From positions 1-25,998 of the IMG/VR virus record IMGVR_UViG_3300038492_000369: 25,998 bases of DNA; one strand, given 5' to 3'. The notes below the pieces were generated by a model that worked only from the letters and a program-made list of their open reading frames with translations, had not been told where the DNA came from and made no database searches. The position numbers were made by a program, and so were the translations under genes. The stretch's first letter is position 1. Each line of letters opens with the position of its first letter. This DNA comes from a virus. Taxonomy: Duplodnaviria > Caudoviricetes. Shown in pieces: positions 16,929 through 25,873 of the stretch.

Positions 16929-17444
16929 CTACCTCGCAGGACCACCATCTTCATCTCGGTCCAATTTTACATCCACAACTATTGTTATTATAAATCTACG
17001 AACATCAAAATCTTCTTCGCCATTCTCATCTAATACAGGAATGTTTCTCTCAATTGATCCTATAGACCATCCATAATGATGAGTCGCTGCATTTAACCAT
17101 TCTGTTGATAACAACCCTCTTATAACCTTGAATTCTAAATCTAAGAGCCCGTCTCCATTCTCAGGAAGATACATTTCTCTGTCTGATGGAAGTGCTGTAT
17201 CACAAACCAAAAGGAAATCAGTAGACATGAAATCTGTTCCTTCTGGCTCATTATGTAATGGCTCTTCAATTGCAGAATCTCCAATTAACAGCTGGATAGT
17301 AACCATCCTGTCTTTAATGTAATAGTCTCTTGCATTTACAGCAAAATAAGGGAGGACCTTCGTTAAGGTATTATCTAAATCATTAGAGTCTTCTAAAGTC
17401 TCCTTTATCCCTTCTAGTACAGCCTTTATATGATCATCTGCCAT
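16929..17444 (-). CDS. putative tail terminator/completion protein
   Basis: Acidic 171-aa protein (IKAVLEGIKETL start, RRFIITIVVDV near the end) in the neck position. Confidence 0.55.
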   Translation of the reverse strand: MADDHIKAVLEGIKETLEDSNDLDNTLTKVLPYFAVNARDYYIKDRMVTIQLLIGDSAIEEPLHNEPEGTDFMSTDFLLVCDTALPSDREMYLPENGDGLLDLEFKVIRGLLSTEWLNAATHHYGWSIGSIERNIPVLDENGEEDFDVRRFIITIVVDVKLDRDEDGGPAR

Positions 17445-18058
17445 TAATCAAAAATAGTCTGAAGATATCTCTCAGCTATTCTTTCTATAAGTTTCTGTTG
17501 CCTTCTAGATAAGAAGAAAAATCTACGAGCTTGTGGCTTTACTGACACACTCCCTCCAGTAACTCTCTTAGTAAACCACTGGCCATCATTAGTCCTTATA
17601 CGTACATACTGTTGACCTGCATTAGGTCCAGAACTAGTTGTCCTAATCAGCTTTCGTTTTACTCTTATTCTACCAGCGCGACCCTCATCCATAGCCTCTG
17701 CTACATCTGCAAAACGTCCCTGAAAACCAAAGACTAATTTGTTCTTACCTATAAACTTAGGTCCCATACTTGCTCTTAGACCACCAGTAGCTACTAGTGC
17801 TACTGATTGAGAACCTGCTGTGGGCCTAGCTGAAGCAACACCAGACCCAACTCCCGATCTAATAAATCTTGTCCACTGTTGCGGAGGCTTAAGAGGTCTT
17901 TGAGTAGGGTCTACCCCACGAGTCATATTTCTAGTGAACTCACTTCTAAGACCTTCCCCAATTAGACGATACATCCTTCTGCCATCTCTGATACGCTTTC
18001 CACCCCTCTTGATACGAGCTTCAGCTTCCCTGGCACCCTTTATTCTTACAGAGATCAT
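17444..18058 (-). CDS. virion morphogenesis / tail completion protein (Mu gpG / HK97 gp10-like)
   Basis: Very basic; MISVRIKG start, LVATGGLRAS and ARRFFFLS motifs; ATG 18058 preferred over TTG 18067. Confidence 0.75.
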   Translation of the reverse strand: MISVRIKGAREAEARIKRGGKRIRDGRRMYRLIGEGLRSEFTRNMTRGVDPTQRPLKPPQQWTRFIRSGVGSGVASARPTAGSQSVALVATGGLRASMGPKFIGKNKLVFGFQGRFADVAEAMDEGRAGRIRVKRKLIRTTSSGPNAGQQYVRIRTNDGQWFTKRVTGGSVSVKPQARRFFFLSRRQQKLIERIAERYLQTIFD

Positions 18059-18059
18059 C

Positions 18060-18623
18060 TTAAACAAATGGTAGACTTAACATGTAGCTTCTCAAACCAA
18101 TACGTACTTCTGGCAGCAACTCTCCAATGTTAGTACCTTCTTCTGTATTTCTTCTTCCTGCTCTCTCAGTTTTGTTCCACTCATGAAGAGTCTGAATCTT
18201 TGCCATTGCTTTAACCTGCGAAGGAACTGCAGATGTAGAGCTATATCCTGCTGTATAAATTAGCTGAACTGTCTTAGGACCATTAACAAAACAACCTGAC
18301 TCTAGCCAAATCAGTCCTGTATCATCAGTATCTATATAGTAATCATCTGGATCTAGAAGAGTACTAGCAGGCCACTCATGAGCCGGATCTTGATGAATGG
18401 ATGTAATAGAAGAAATAGGTCGATATAAAGGAGACAGCCAATTGTTTCCTCCATTTAGATATTCAGTTCTAGAACTATCAGGACCCCAATCAATCCTGCC
18501 TGTATATAAAGCAAACCTGGTAGAGATATCTGTGATGATGTCCTGAAGCCTATTCCCACCTTCTCCACTATCTCCGTCTCCGAAGATAACAGCCTCAGCT
18601 TCTTCTATGCTTAATACATCCAT
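18060..18623 (-). CDS. head-tail connector/adaptor (HK97 gp6 / SPP1 gp15-like)
   Basis: First gene after the MCP; PISSITSI, YTAGY...VPSQVK and LLPEVR.GLRSY motifs. Confidence 0.8.
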   Translation of the reverse strand: MDVLSIEEAEAVIFGDGDSGEGGNRLQDIITDISTRFALYTGRIDWGPDSSRTEYLNGGNNWLSPLYRPISSITSIHQDPAHEWPASTLLDPDDYYIDTDDTGLIWLESGCFVNGPKTVQLIYTAGYSSTSAVPSQVKAMAKIQTLHEWNKTERAGRRNTEEGTNIGELLPEVRIGLRSYMLSLPFV

Positions 18624-18632
18624 GTCATTAAT

Positions 18633-18690
18633 TTCCTCCTATGGGGTCAGCCCAAAAGAGCAAGCAAAAAGACCAACCCCACAGGAGAAA
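18633..18690 (-). promoter_or_regulatory. 20-bp RNA hairpin after the capsid gene that sequesters the next gene's AGGAGG
   Basis: UUUCUCCUGUGGGGUUGGUC pairs fully (with G-U) with GGCUGACCCCAUAGGAGGAA. Confidence 0.75.
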
Positions 18691-18694
18691 CAAC

Positions 18695-19846
18695 TTACGC
18701 AGCAGCTGTCTTTAGTCGAGCAGCAGCACGACCAAGATTAGCATCAGTTCCAAACGCAAAACGGAAGAGATAACGAACAGCAGCTTGATCAAAATCAAAT
18801 CGGAAATCATTAGATACCGAAAGATTAGCTACTCCACGTTCACCTACCAACATAGCATTAGGTAGATCACCAAACAGTGCAAACTCAGTAGAAATAGCAC
18901 TAGCAGAATTAGCAGGCATCTTTGCTACATGAGTTACATTGTAACCATCCAAAGTTGCTGGAATTCCTACATTAGGATTACCCCAAGCAAAAGGACCATC
19001 AGTAGTAGTAGATCCACCAACACGAATGTTAGCCATCTGAGTCCTCACAGAACGATGAGCATAGTAAGCTCCTTCTTCCCATGCTTCATCAGTTACCTGA
19101 TCTTGTAGAGCACGATAGTCTTCAATGGTCGCATCACTGAAGTCTACTTTGCCAGCTCCCATAGTGGTCTCTTGAATGCTAGCACTATTAAGAAGACCAG
19201 CAGCATCATTGAAGACCAACTCATCTTCTTGCTTAGCAGCCTCATGAGCAATCTGAGTCCGGAGATAGTTACCAACGAAGTCAATAAACGAATCAGCAAT
19301 CAGCTCATTTGAAACATATACCAACGTTCCATACTTGTTAGCAGTTAGAGTAATCTGCCCTACGTTACCATCATCAGCAGTAATTTGAGCATTTTCTGCA
19401 ATGCTTTGCATTTCAGGCTGATTACCAGCAGTATCTCCATAGACACGAACAGGTACCTTCATGACATCAGTTGCCATTGGCATGATGTTAGCACCCCAAA
19501 TCTGACGAACAGCACCATAACGGTTCTGAGTCGACTTGATCTCACGGGAAAACTCATCTTCTACAAGATATCCTCCCTTAGCATCCGTCCCTTCAGATTG
19601 TGCCTTCATGACTGTCTCACCAATCATTCGGCATACTTCATGATCAGACTTAGGATGATTAGCAAACTGCTTAGCTGATACTGCAATCTCTTGCATCTGC
19701 TTTTTCATAGCAGCAAGATCAGCTGAAAGAGTTTCTACCTCTTCCTGAGAAGCACGCTTAGCAATAGCTTCTTCATACTTTTTGCTCACATCATCTAACT
19801 TGTTTGCTAGCTTTTCACTTACGTTTTGTAGGTCAATATCTGACAT
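18695..19846 (-). CDS. major capsid protein, HK97 fold, with N-terminal coiled-coil delta domain
   Basis: GTDAKGGYLVEDEF, KYGTLVYVSNELIADS, ALFGD and FDFDQAAVR motifs. Confidence 0.95.
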   Translation of the reverse strand: MSDIDLQNVSEKLANKLDDVSKKYEEAIAKRASQEEVETLSADLAAMKKQMQEIAVSAKQFANHPKSDHEVCRMIGETVMKAQSEGTDAKGGYLVEDEFSREIKSTQNRYGAVRQIWGANIMPMATDVMKVPVRVYGDTAGNQPEMQSIAENAQITADDGNVGQITLTANKYGTLVYVSNELIADSFIDFVGNYLRTQIAHEAAKQEDELVFNDAAGLLNSASIQETTMGAGKVDFSDATIEDYRALQDQVTDEAWEEGAYYAHRSVRTQMANIRVGGSTTTDGPFAWGNPNVGIPATLDGYNVTHVAKMPANSASAISTEFALFGDLPNAMLVGERGVANLSVSNDFRFDFDQAAVRYLFRFAFGTDANLGRAAARLKTAAA

Positions 19847-20523
19847 TATATGTCCCTTAACTTTAACATTACTTCATCTACCTTCTTATTGAAGGCATCA
19901 CTTAGTGCGGACCAATCGGTCTCAGACCCCATGTCCGCTTGTAGGGGGTCAGGACCAAATCTTCTTCTAGCATCAGCTTCTAAAGCATCACATGCTGCAG
20001 CTAATGCGTTAGGATTGGCAGGGATCGGAACTACAGAGAATTCCATCAACTCCCAATCAGTATAAATTCTTGAAGCATTTGGATACTGCTTAAACAAATC
20101 TGATGCATCCTTGCTCTTCTTCTCATCTCCAGGAGTAATAAACTTAGTAGGAATAAATCCAATGCTACCAGTCTTTACGGTCCTTCTTTTTATCTTCCGA
20201 AACACTTTCTCAGCATCAGGATCTTCATCTCCAGGATCAAATTCTGCATCAAGTAAAAGCTGATTACCTCTAACTTCTCCAGCTACACACTTCCCTATTG
20301 GCCACATCTTGTAGTCATGGAAAACCATCAATGGAGAGTTCTTCGCAAAATCGCAAAAGTTAACACCACGAGGAACAACTACTTCATTGTAGCGATCAAT
20401 AGAATCATCACTAGCTACAAACCTAACAACCCTTTCTGGGTCCATAATCTCTTCAAATTGATGCTCAAGAATGTCGCCTTCATCAAAGGCTTTAGTTTCT
20501 AGGTACCCTGGCTTCCTAATCAT
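19846..20523 (-). CDS. HK97-family prohead protease
   Basis: ASDDSIDRYNEVV, FHD...PIGK, SIGF and LMEFSVVPIPANPNA motifs. Confidence 0.93.
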   Translation of the reverse strand: MIRKPGYLETKAFDEGDILEHQFEEIMDPERVVRFVASDDSIDRYNEVVVPRGVNFCDFAKNSPLMVFHDYKMWPIGKCVAGEVRGNQLLLDAEFDPGDEDPDAEKVFRKIKRRTVKTGSIGFIPTKFITPGDEKKSKDASDLFKQYPNASRIYTDWELMEFSVVPIPANPNALAAACDALEADARRRFGPDPLQADMGSETDWSALSDAFNKKVDEVMLKLRDI

Positions 20524-20723
20524 TAGAGACTCCTTGAAAATATTGAAGAAGTGAAAGTAATAGGTTTTGTGACACGTTGAATAGAATTAACCTGATGATC
20601 GCAATAATCCAGAGTTGGACAATTAACCCTCCCACAATCCGGGCATTTCCAACCATTAGGAAGTTCTAACTTTTTCTTCCTGGGTCTACCTGGCCTTTTA
20701 GTTGGTTTGTTTTCGTCAATCAT
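20523..20723 (-). CDS. small AT-hook plus zinc-finger-like protein (66 aa)
   Basis: KRPGRPRKK and WKCPDCGRVNCPTLDYCDH; fills the portal-protease gap with TAATG coupling. Confidence 0.7.
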   Translation of the reverse strand: MIDENKPTKRPGRPRKKKLELPNGWKCPDCGRVNCPTLDYCDHQVNSIQRVTKPITFTSSIFSRSL

Positions 20724-20726
20724 TAT

Positions 20727-22940
20727 CTACTCCAATACTGCTACTGCTACACATCTGCAATGTACTGTCTCTTCAGCTGAACCAGATGGATCTAAAGGAT
20801 ATTGAAGGCCATTACTGAATGGTTCTCCAACTACTACCTTCTCGCCGTCTACGCTGATATGTGACTCTCTAACCGCTGAATCTCTAGAAGAAAGCCACTC
20901 ATGCATTGTCACTCCAGATGCCTTCATCTGCTCAAATCTTCCGCCACTAAAAGCCCTATTGATCTCAGTCCTAGCTATCCTAGTTCTATCGGATTCACGT
21001 ACATTGAAGATGTGCTTCATACTAGACTTCATCATCTCAGCAAGATCTTCCTGTGAAGTCCCTGCAAGAATTGCTGCCTCTAAGTCCTTCTGAACTGCTA
21101 GAAGCCTTTCAGATGTGGTATCATTTACCTTTGTAAGCAATACATCTTGCTGATCTCTAAACGTAGCAATAAGGCCTTCATTAAAATCATCTAGAGGACG
21201 GCCAATCTCTTCTAATAATTGAGAAGATGCAATCCTAAGAACATCATCAAGAAGTGATTTAAACTTCTTCTTAATCTTCTTATTCCAATCCTTGAGATTG
21301 AATACACGACCTACAAAGTCACCTAGGATGCTTTTGTCTATCACCTTTGGTGCAGACTTATCTACACTTTTAAGGTTCTCACCTATCCATACATCCGTCT
21401 CTTTGAGTACATCCTTACGTTGATCAAAGAAGAAAGACTTAAGAAGTGAGGCCATCTTTCTCTCAAAAGGAGTGCGTTGAGCAATATGAGCCCTCCATAG
21501 ATTTGTCCTAAGACGTTCCCTATCAGCAGCCCTGGTTTTCAGATCTTCCTCTACAGTCTTCTTCAGCTCTTCAGCTTTGCTATGAGATATCAGTTGTTCA
21601 GATACTCTAGATACAATCTCATTTATGAGACGCTCTTCTGATTCTTCCTCAGAGACATCTGGATCACTGTCCTGAAGAGCATCATTAGCCGGAGTCATAC
21701 TGAATGGGATTAGAACTGTCTGATGAATAGGCTGAATCTCACCAATATCAATACCTACTATGTCAGCAGCTACTTCTGGAGTAAGCCGACCTTCATTTAC
21801 CAGTTTCGTATACTGCTCAATCTTCTCTGTAGTATTCTCAGCAAGAGCTGGAACTGAATTCTGGAAGTCGAAACAAAGAGTGGCTACAGGATTTCTTTGG
21901 TGTGGATCTACAAGCTCAGACTGCAATTTAGCTGCTATCCTATTCCCTAGAGGCACTAACTGCTCCGTCCATAGGCTTCTAGCTGCCTGCTCATAGTTGG
22001 AGAAGGTAGCCCGGTCTAAGATGCCAACTATGTTGGGAGGAATCCCATAAATAGCACAGATCTCTTCACGTGATATCTTCTGACCTTCAAGCCAATCCAT
22101 ATCCTTCATGGACTGACTCAGCTGTTTGATATCATCTATCCCTGTGGTATGCGCATACTTGCCTGCATTCTCAGCTCCAGCATACAACTCATTGAACTGA
22201 CGCTTATACTGCTCTAGCTGATTGAGAGTCCCAACTACTCCATCCTTGTAAGTTACTACTCCCTCAATCCTGCCCCTATTGGACATTTGGAACTTATTAT
22301 GCATTCTGGCTGCATAGTCAGCATCTACTGTAAGCCTAGCTGCTGATATCGGAGAAAGCCCATTGTTCTTGTCATATGGATTAGCTAGCTTAATCTGAAT
22401 AAATCCCTCTACTGGGATCTTTCTCTTTCTATTATTCTCAAGATGTAGAGTCCTACGGAAAGCCCTTCCTTCAGCATCTATATCATCATTCTCAACTGTG
22501 AAAATAGATGGATTGATTATCTCTAGGAATCTAGGAAGAGTGTTTCTAGTCTTAGTCCCATCTTCTCGGAGCATGAACGCTTGACCATAAATACCAAGGT
22601 GGAGAAGTATTAACTCCAAGAAGTCCTGGGTATTCATGCCAGGGAAGGGTGTCTTTAGCAGGTCAAAGACAGGCCCTCTCTCTACATCAATATCTCCTTG
22701 ATCACTTTCAGACTTAAGAAGAAGTGGTATCTGAGATACCTGCGACCAAACATTTAAGCATGCATACACCCATACACTTGATCTATATTCAAAGCCTTTT
22801 CTAATAGTTTTGGTATTACCATTAAGACCATGAAGCCATTCAAGTAATGGAGAAGCATTCCTCAAACTAGTCACAGATTTAAGAAAATCAGTATCAGGAA
22901 TGATAGTAGAGCGGGAAAGAGAATCAGGATCAGTAGCCAT
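20727..22940 (-). CDS. portal protein fused to a Mu gpF / SPP1 gp7-like head morphogenesis domain
   Basis: Portal motifs WVYACL, GLSPISAA, ICAIYGIPP..VG...ATFSN; C-terminal RIARTE...EWLSSRD..VRESH...HCRC. Confidence 0.93.
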   Translation of the reverse strand: MATDPDSLSRSTIIPDTDFLKSVTSLRNASPLLEWLHGLNGNTKTIRKGFEYRSSVWVYACLNVWSQVSQIPLLLKSESDQGDIDVERGPVFDLLKTPFPGMNTQDFLELILLHLGIYGQAFMLREDGTKTRNTLPRFLEIINPSIFTVENDDIDAEGRAFRRTLHLENNRKRKIPVEGFIQIKLANPYDKNNGLSPISAARLTVDADYAARMHNKFQMSNRGRIEGVVTYKDGVVGTLNQLEQYKRQFNELYAGAENAGKYAHTTGIDDIKQLSQSMKDMDWLEGQKISREEICAIYGIPPNIVGILDRATFSNYEQAARSLWTEQLVPLGNRIAAKLQSELVDPHQRNPVATLCFDFQNSVPALAENTTEKIEQYTKLVNEGRLTPEVAADIVGIDIGEIQPIHQTVLIPFSMTPANDALQDSDPDVSEEESEERLINEIVSRVSEQLISHSKAEELKKTVEEDLKTRAADRERLRTNLWRAHIAQRTPFERKMASLLKSFFFDQRKDVLKETDVWIGENLKSVDKSAPKVIDKSILGDFVGRVFNLKDWNKKIKKKFKSLLDDVLRIASSQLLEEIGRPLDDFNEGLIATFRDQQDVLLTKVNDTTSERLLAVQKDLEAAILAGTSQEDLAEMMKSSMKHIFNVRESDRTRIARTEINRAFSGGRFEQMKASGVTMHEWLSSRDSAVRESHISVDGEKVVVGEPFSNGLQYPLDPSGSAEETVHCRCVAVAVLE

Positions 22941-22955
22941 AGAACATATTCCTCT

Positions 22956-22991
22956 TAATATTGAATATTAGAGAAACTGCTACTTTGTCAA
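22956..22991 (-). promoter_or_regulatory. putative sigma70-type promoter for the head/tail operon with an overlapping palindrome
   Basis: Perfect TTGACA (22991-22986); TAATAT at 15-nt spacing, inside the palindrome TAATATT-C-AATATTA. Confidence 0.5.
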
Positions 22992-23033
22992 GAGGACTTT
23001 TCTAAAAAATGTTAATTGCCAGATCTGTCAGAT

Positions 23034-23068
23034 AAAAAACAAGTGGTGTCAGTGCTGTGCATCGACAC
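23034..23068 (-). terminator. putative intrinsic terminator after terL
   Basis: Stem GUGUCGAUGC-ACA-GCACUGACAC (one mismatch) followed by CACUUGUUUUUU. Confidence 0.5.
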
Positions 23069-24282
23069 TAAATCACCATCATTATACCTTGAGCAGAAGA
23101 TCCCTTATTAGCTAATGCTAAGGCAATTACACAATCATCATGGTATCCAGCAGGAGCATTGTATTTAAGAGTACCACCAGATGTATACTCATACTCATAC
23201 CTCTTCAGCTCATTCTTAAGAATCTCCCAGTCGGGAGGAATCGATATCTTCTGCTGCTCGATTGATACAATCAGATCTTGAATTATCTGGGATTTAGACT
23301 GATTAGTAAGCTTGACTGGCTCCAGATTGAGCCCAAAGGCCCTTAGATCGTCGTATATGGGGTCACCGATACCAGTTGCATCTATCTTTATCCGTCCTGG
23401 ATATCGGCTTGAGAAGGCAGCAATACGGGCTTTCTGAACCGGCCAATCTATCTGGTTGAACCTATCAAACCCATGACAGTCACCACACTCCTTACACATA
23501 GCGACAAGAACTGTATAGTCCTGATGCTTCGCTAAGTCACATCCTACTGACCACCCAGGAGCATACCCCTTGTTGTTACACTTACACCGTACTGGGGAGA
23601 CTATATTATCAACTCTGCGAAAGACTCCTGCTGAATCTTCTAGGAATTCAGCCATATATTCTTGTTTAAAAACATCTTCTGGGAGAGTTCGCTTAGCCTC
23701 TTCCCATTCTGGTTGAGGAAAATATGGACTGGAATTACTGGGGAATGTCCATGAATGATAGTCTTTCTCTTCAGTATCTTGTCCTCTAGTGAACAAGTCA
23801 TAGAACCAATTCCTCCCTTTTGGAGTAGAGACAGCCATCATCCAACCCATATTGTCAGATAAAGTAGGCCTTATTGCATAGTCTATCGCATCTTTGTGAA
23901 TCTGAGCAGCTTCATCTAATACTATACCTTTGAATCCATGCCCTCTAATCCCTTTAGGATTTGGATCGTCTGCTGAACGATAGAATACTCTACTACCATT
24001 TGAGCAATATCCTACCCATGGCTTAGAGCCCTTAATGGATAGGAATGAAGGATTTACCATCTTCTTGGCAGCATCTACACCACGCTCTGCCTCATCGTAG
24101 GTAGGAGCTATCCAACAATAATCACCCTTGCTGGTGTGAGCAGCACTGTAAATCTTTCTATTCATGCCGATGGTCTTACCCCATCGACGACCAATGTCTA
24201 CAGCCTTGAATCTAGAAGGATGCTGAATGATTGCTTGCTGAGCAAGGAAGGGAGGGAAATTCTTTGAGAACAGACGATTCAC
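23068..24282 (-). CDS. terL: terminase large subunit
   Basis: Walker A GRRWGKT, Walker B IVLDEAA, coupling motif STPKG.NWFY, nuclease motifs GCDLAK..D and HDDCVIALALA. Confidence 0.96.
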   Translation of the reverse strand: MNRLFSKNFPPFLAQQAIIQHPSRFKAVDIGRRWGKTIGMNRKIYSAAHTSKGDYCWIAPTYDEAERGVDAAKKMVNPSFLSIKGSKPWVGYCSNGSRVFYRSADDPNPKGIRGHGFKGIVLDEAAQIHKDAIDYAIRPTLSDNMGWMMAVSTPKGRNWFYDLFTRGQDTEEKDYHSWTFPSNSSPYFPQPEWEEAKRTLPEDVFKQEYMAEFLEDSAGVFRRVDNIVSPVRCKCNNKGYAPGWSVGCDLAKHQDYTVLVAMCKECGDCHGFDRFNQIDWPVQKARIAAFSSRYPGRIKIDATGIGDPIYDDLRAFGLNLEPVKLTNQSKSQIIQDLIVSIEQQKISIPPDWEILKNELKRYEYEYTSGGTLKYNAPAGYHDDCVIALALANKGSSAQGIMMVI

Positions 24283-24416
24283 TTCTCATATTCTATAATA
24301 AGTGAAGGAAGTTATGAAACCAGACTACACCAAACAACAGAACGACTAATAGTAGAGTTCCTATAACAACCCCTACAAACATAACGAGAATGACCTGAGA
24401 GAAATATTTAACAGTC

Positions 24417-24752
24417 TCATTCACTTGATGCTACTTTAAGCTTAGGAGGATCTTCCTTTTGGATCTCATCATTAGTATCGTCCCTGAACTCCTCAGAGAT
24501 CGTCTTGACGGTTTCTATAGCCTTACCCTCAGTTCGATTAGCAATGAATTCTACAGCCCATGGCTGGCCTTCTAGAGCCATCTCCATAACCTTCTCCATT
24601 ACCATATCTAGCTTAGTCTTGTCAGAATCAAGATCTCCAGGACGGGCACCTATCTCCTGTAAGAGCTTACCTATGCTAGGTCCTTTAGGTCTTCCTTTGG
24701 GATTCCCAGACTGTCCTTTTTTCCACTTCGTTACTGGATTTGGATTAGACAT
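24417..24752 (-). CDS. terS: terminase small subunit (DUF5681-type N-terminal motif)
   Basis: KWKKGQSGNPKGRPKG and A.EFIANRTEGK; directly upstream of terL. Confidence 0.8.
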   Translation of the reverse strand: MSNPNPVTKWKKGQSGNPKGRPKGPSIGKLLQEIGARPGDLDSDKTKLDMVMEKVMEMALEGQPWAVEFIANRTEGKAIETVKTISEEFRDDTNDEIQKEDPPKLKVASSE

Positions 24753-24797
24753 AATTTATCATTTCTGAAAGAAGTTGTTACCACGAATAAGAATATG

Positions 24798-24835
24798 ATA
24801 TTCAATATATCTATACACCGCTTGAAAAATCAAGC
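24798..24835. promoter_or_regulatory. divergent intergenic control region with palindromes ATATTCAATAT and GCTTGA-N4-TCAAGC
   Basis: Both palindromes seen directly; minus-strand TTGATT-N18-TATATT points toward terS. Confidence 0.4.
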
Positions 24836-24850
24836 AAAAAAGGAGGGAAC

Positions 24851-25393
24851 ATGCCAACTATTAGAAAACAATACAGACCGTTAGAATGCTTCAGATTCTT
24901 GTCTGATGATGGGACTACTACTGGAGAGAAGAATATTGTAGGAGACTATTCATCTGCTTCAGAAACCTTCTACGTACAGGCTGACATAGGAACTTTCTTC
25001 GTTTTGAGTAGGATCATAGTATCTATAGAAGACTCAGGAAGCTTTGATTCTGGCAGATATGGAAATGGGGGAACATTGACAAATGGGATACAAATCAAAG
25101 TATCTAGGCCAAACAGCACTGATTCTGATCTTACCGACGGATTGCCAGTATTCACTAATGGTCAATGGGCCAAATTATGCCACGATGTAGATCTAAAGAA
25201 CTTTGGAGCTGGAAATGAATGGCTTACTGTCAGATGGACATTGAAGCATTGTGGTATCCCTATTGTCTTGAACGGAGATGAGAATGAGGCATTGCAGGTA
25301 ATCGTCAATGACGACTTCACTCATTTGATCTCCCATAGATTTATGGTCCAAGGATTTGTTATGAGAGATGATAGCTTCAAGTGGTATGTCTAG
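24851..25393 (+). CDS. hypothetical beta-rich phage protein (180 aa)
   Basis: Strong AGGAGG SD; long ORF; stop abuts the convergent gene (TAGCTA). Confidence 0.8.
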   Translation: MPTIRKQYRPLECFRFLSDDGTTTGEKNIVGDYSSASETFYVQADIGTFFVLSRIIVSIEDSGSFDSGRYGNGGTLTNGIQIKVSRPNSTDSDLTDGLPVFTNGQWAKLCHDVDLKNFGAGNEWLTVRWTLKHCGIPIVLNGDENEALQVIVNDDFTHLISHRFMVQGFVMRDDSFKWYV

Positions 25394-25678
25394 CTACCTA
25401 CTGAATATCTTTCTCATAAATGACAAAGGCTTATCATTAGACTCTGAACTTATAGTACCTTCAGAAGCATTGATCAATACTCCACTTTGAACTTTGATAC
25501 CTAGGATCTCCTCTGGAGACTCTTCAACAGACAGGTATTGTTGCTCTCCTGATTTGTCTATGAAGTTGAAGTAGAGTCTAGTCTCTTCATCTGACTCCCT
25601 AACTACAAAGGGTGCACTGTCCAGATTGACCCAGATCTCTCTGTTGTATTTGATAGAGGTTAATTTACACCAATTCAT
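25394..25678 (-). CDS. FlbD/SwrD-like small protein
   Basis: KLT...IWVN...ETRLYF...LSVEESPEEI resembles the FlbD-family pattern; TTGACA upstream. Confidence 0.5.
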   Translation of the reverse strand: MNWCKLTSIKYNREIWVNLDSAPFVVRESDEETRLYFNFIDKSGEQQYLSVEESPEEILGIKVQSGVLINASEGTISSESNDKPLSFMRKIFSR

Positions 25679-25873
25679 AAAGTATTCCTATCTGTTTCTG
25701 TCAAGTAAAACCAGTGTTCGTTGTAGCTATTTTTGTTGCTTTTACTAAGAGACTTAAAATAGTTTAAATTTTGTTATTGACCTAGAACGCTCTGTCCCCT
25801 TTCCTTCCCTTTGGAAACCCTACCTATCCCCTTATTGCTAAGTTTTTTAAGTTTTAAGAAGGGGAGCTACAAG

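Noticed and set aside
18611-18628. Five-codon ORF MTWMY* overlapping the connector start, with good SD spacing
   Set aside because: Too short to distinguish from chance; no supporting evidence
24314-24349. Plus-strand mini-ORF MKPDYTKQQND* between terL and terS
   Set aside because: Only 11 codons, weak SD, antisense to the operon
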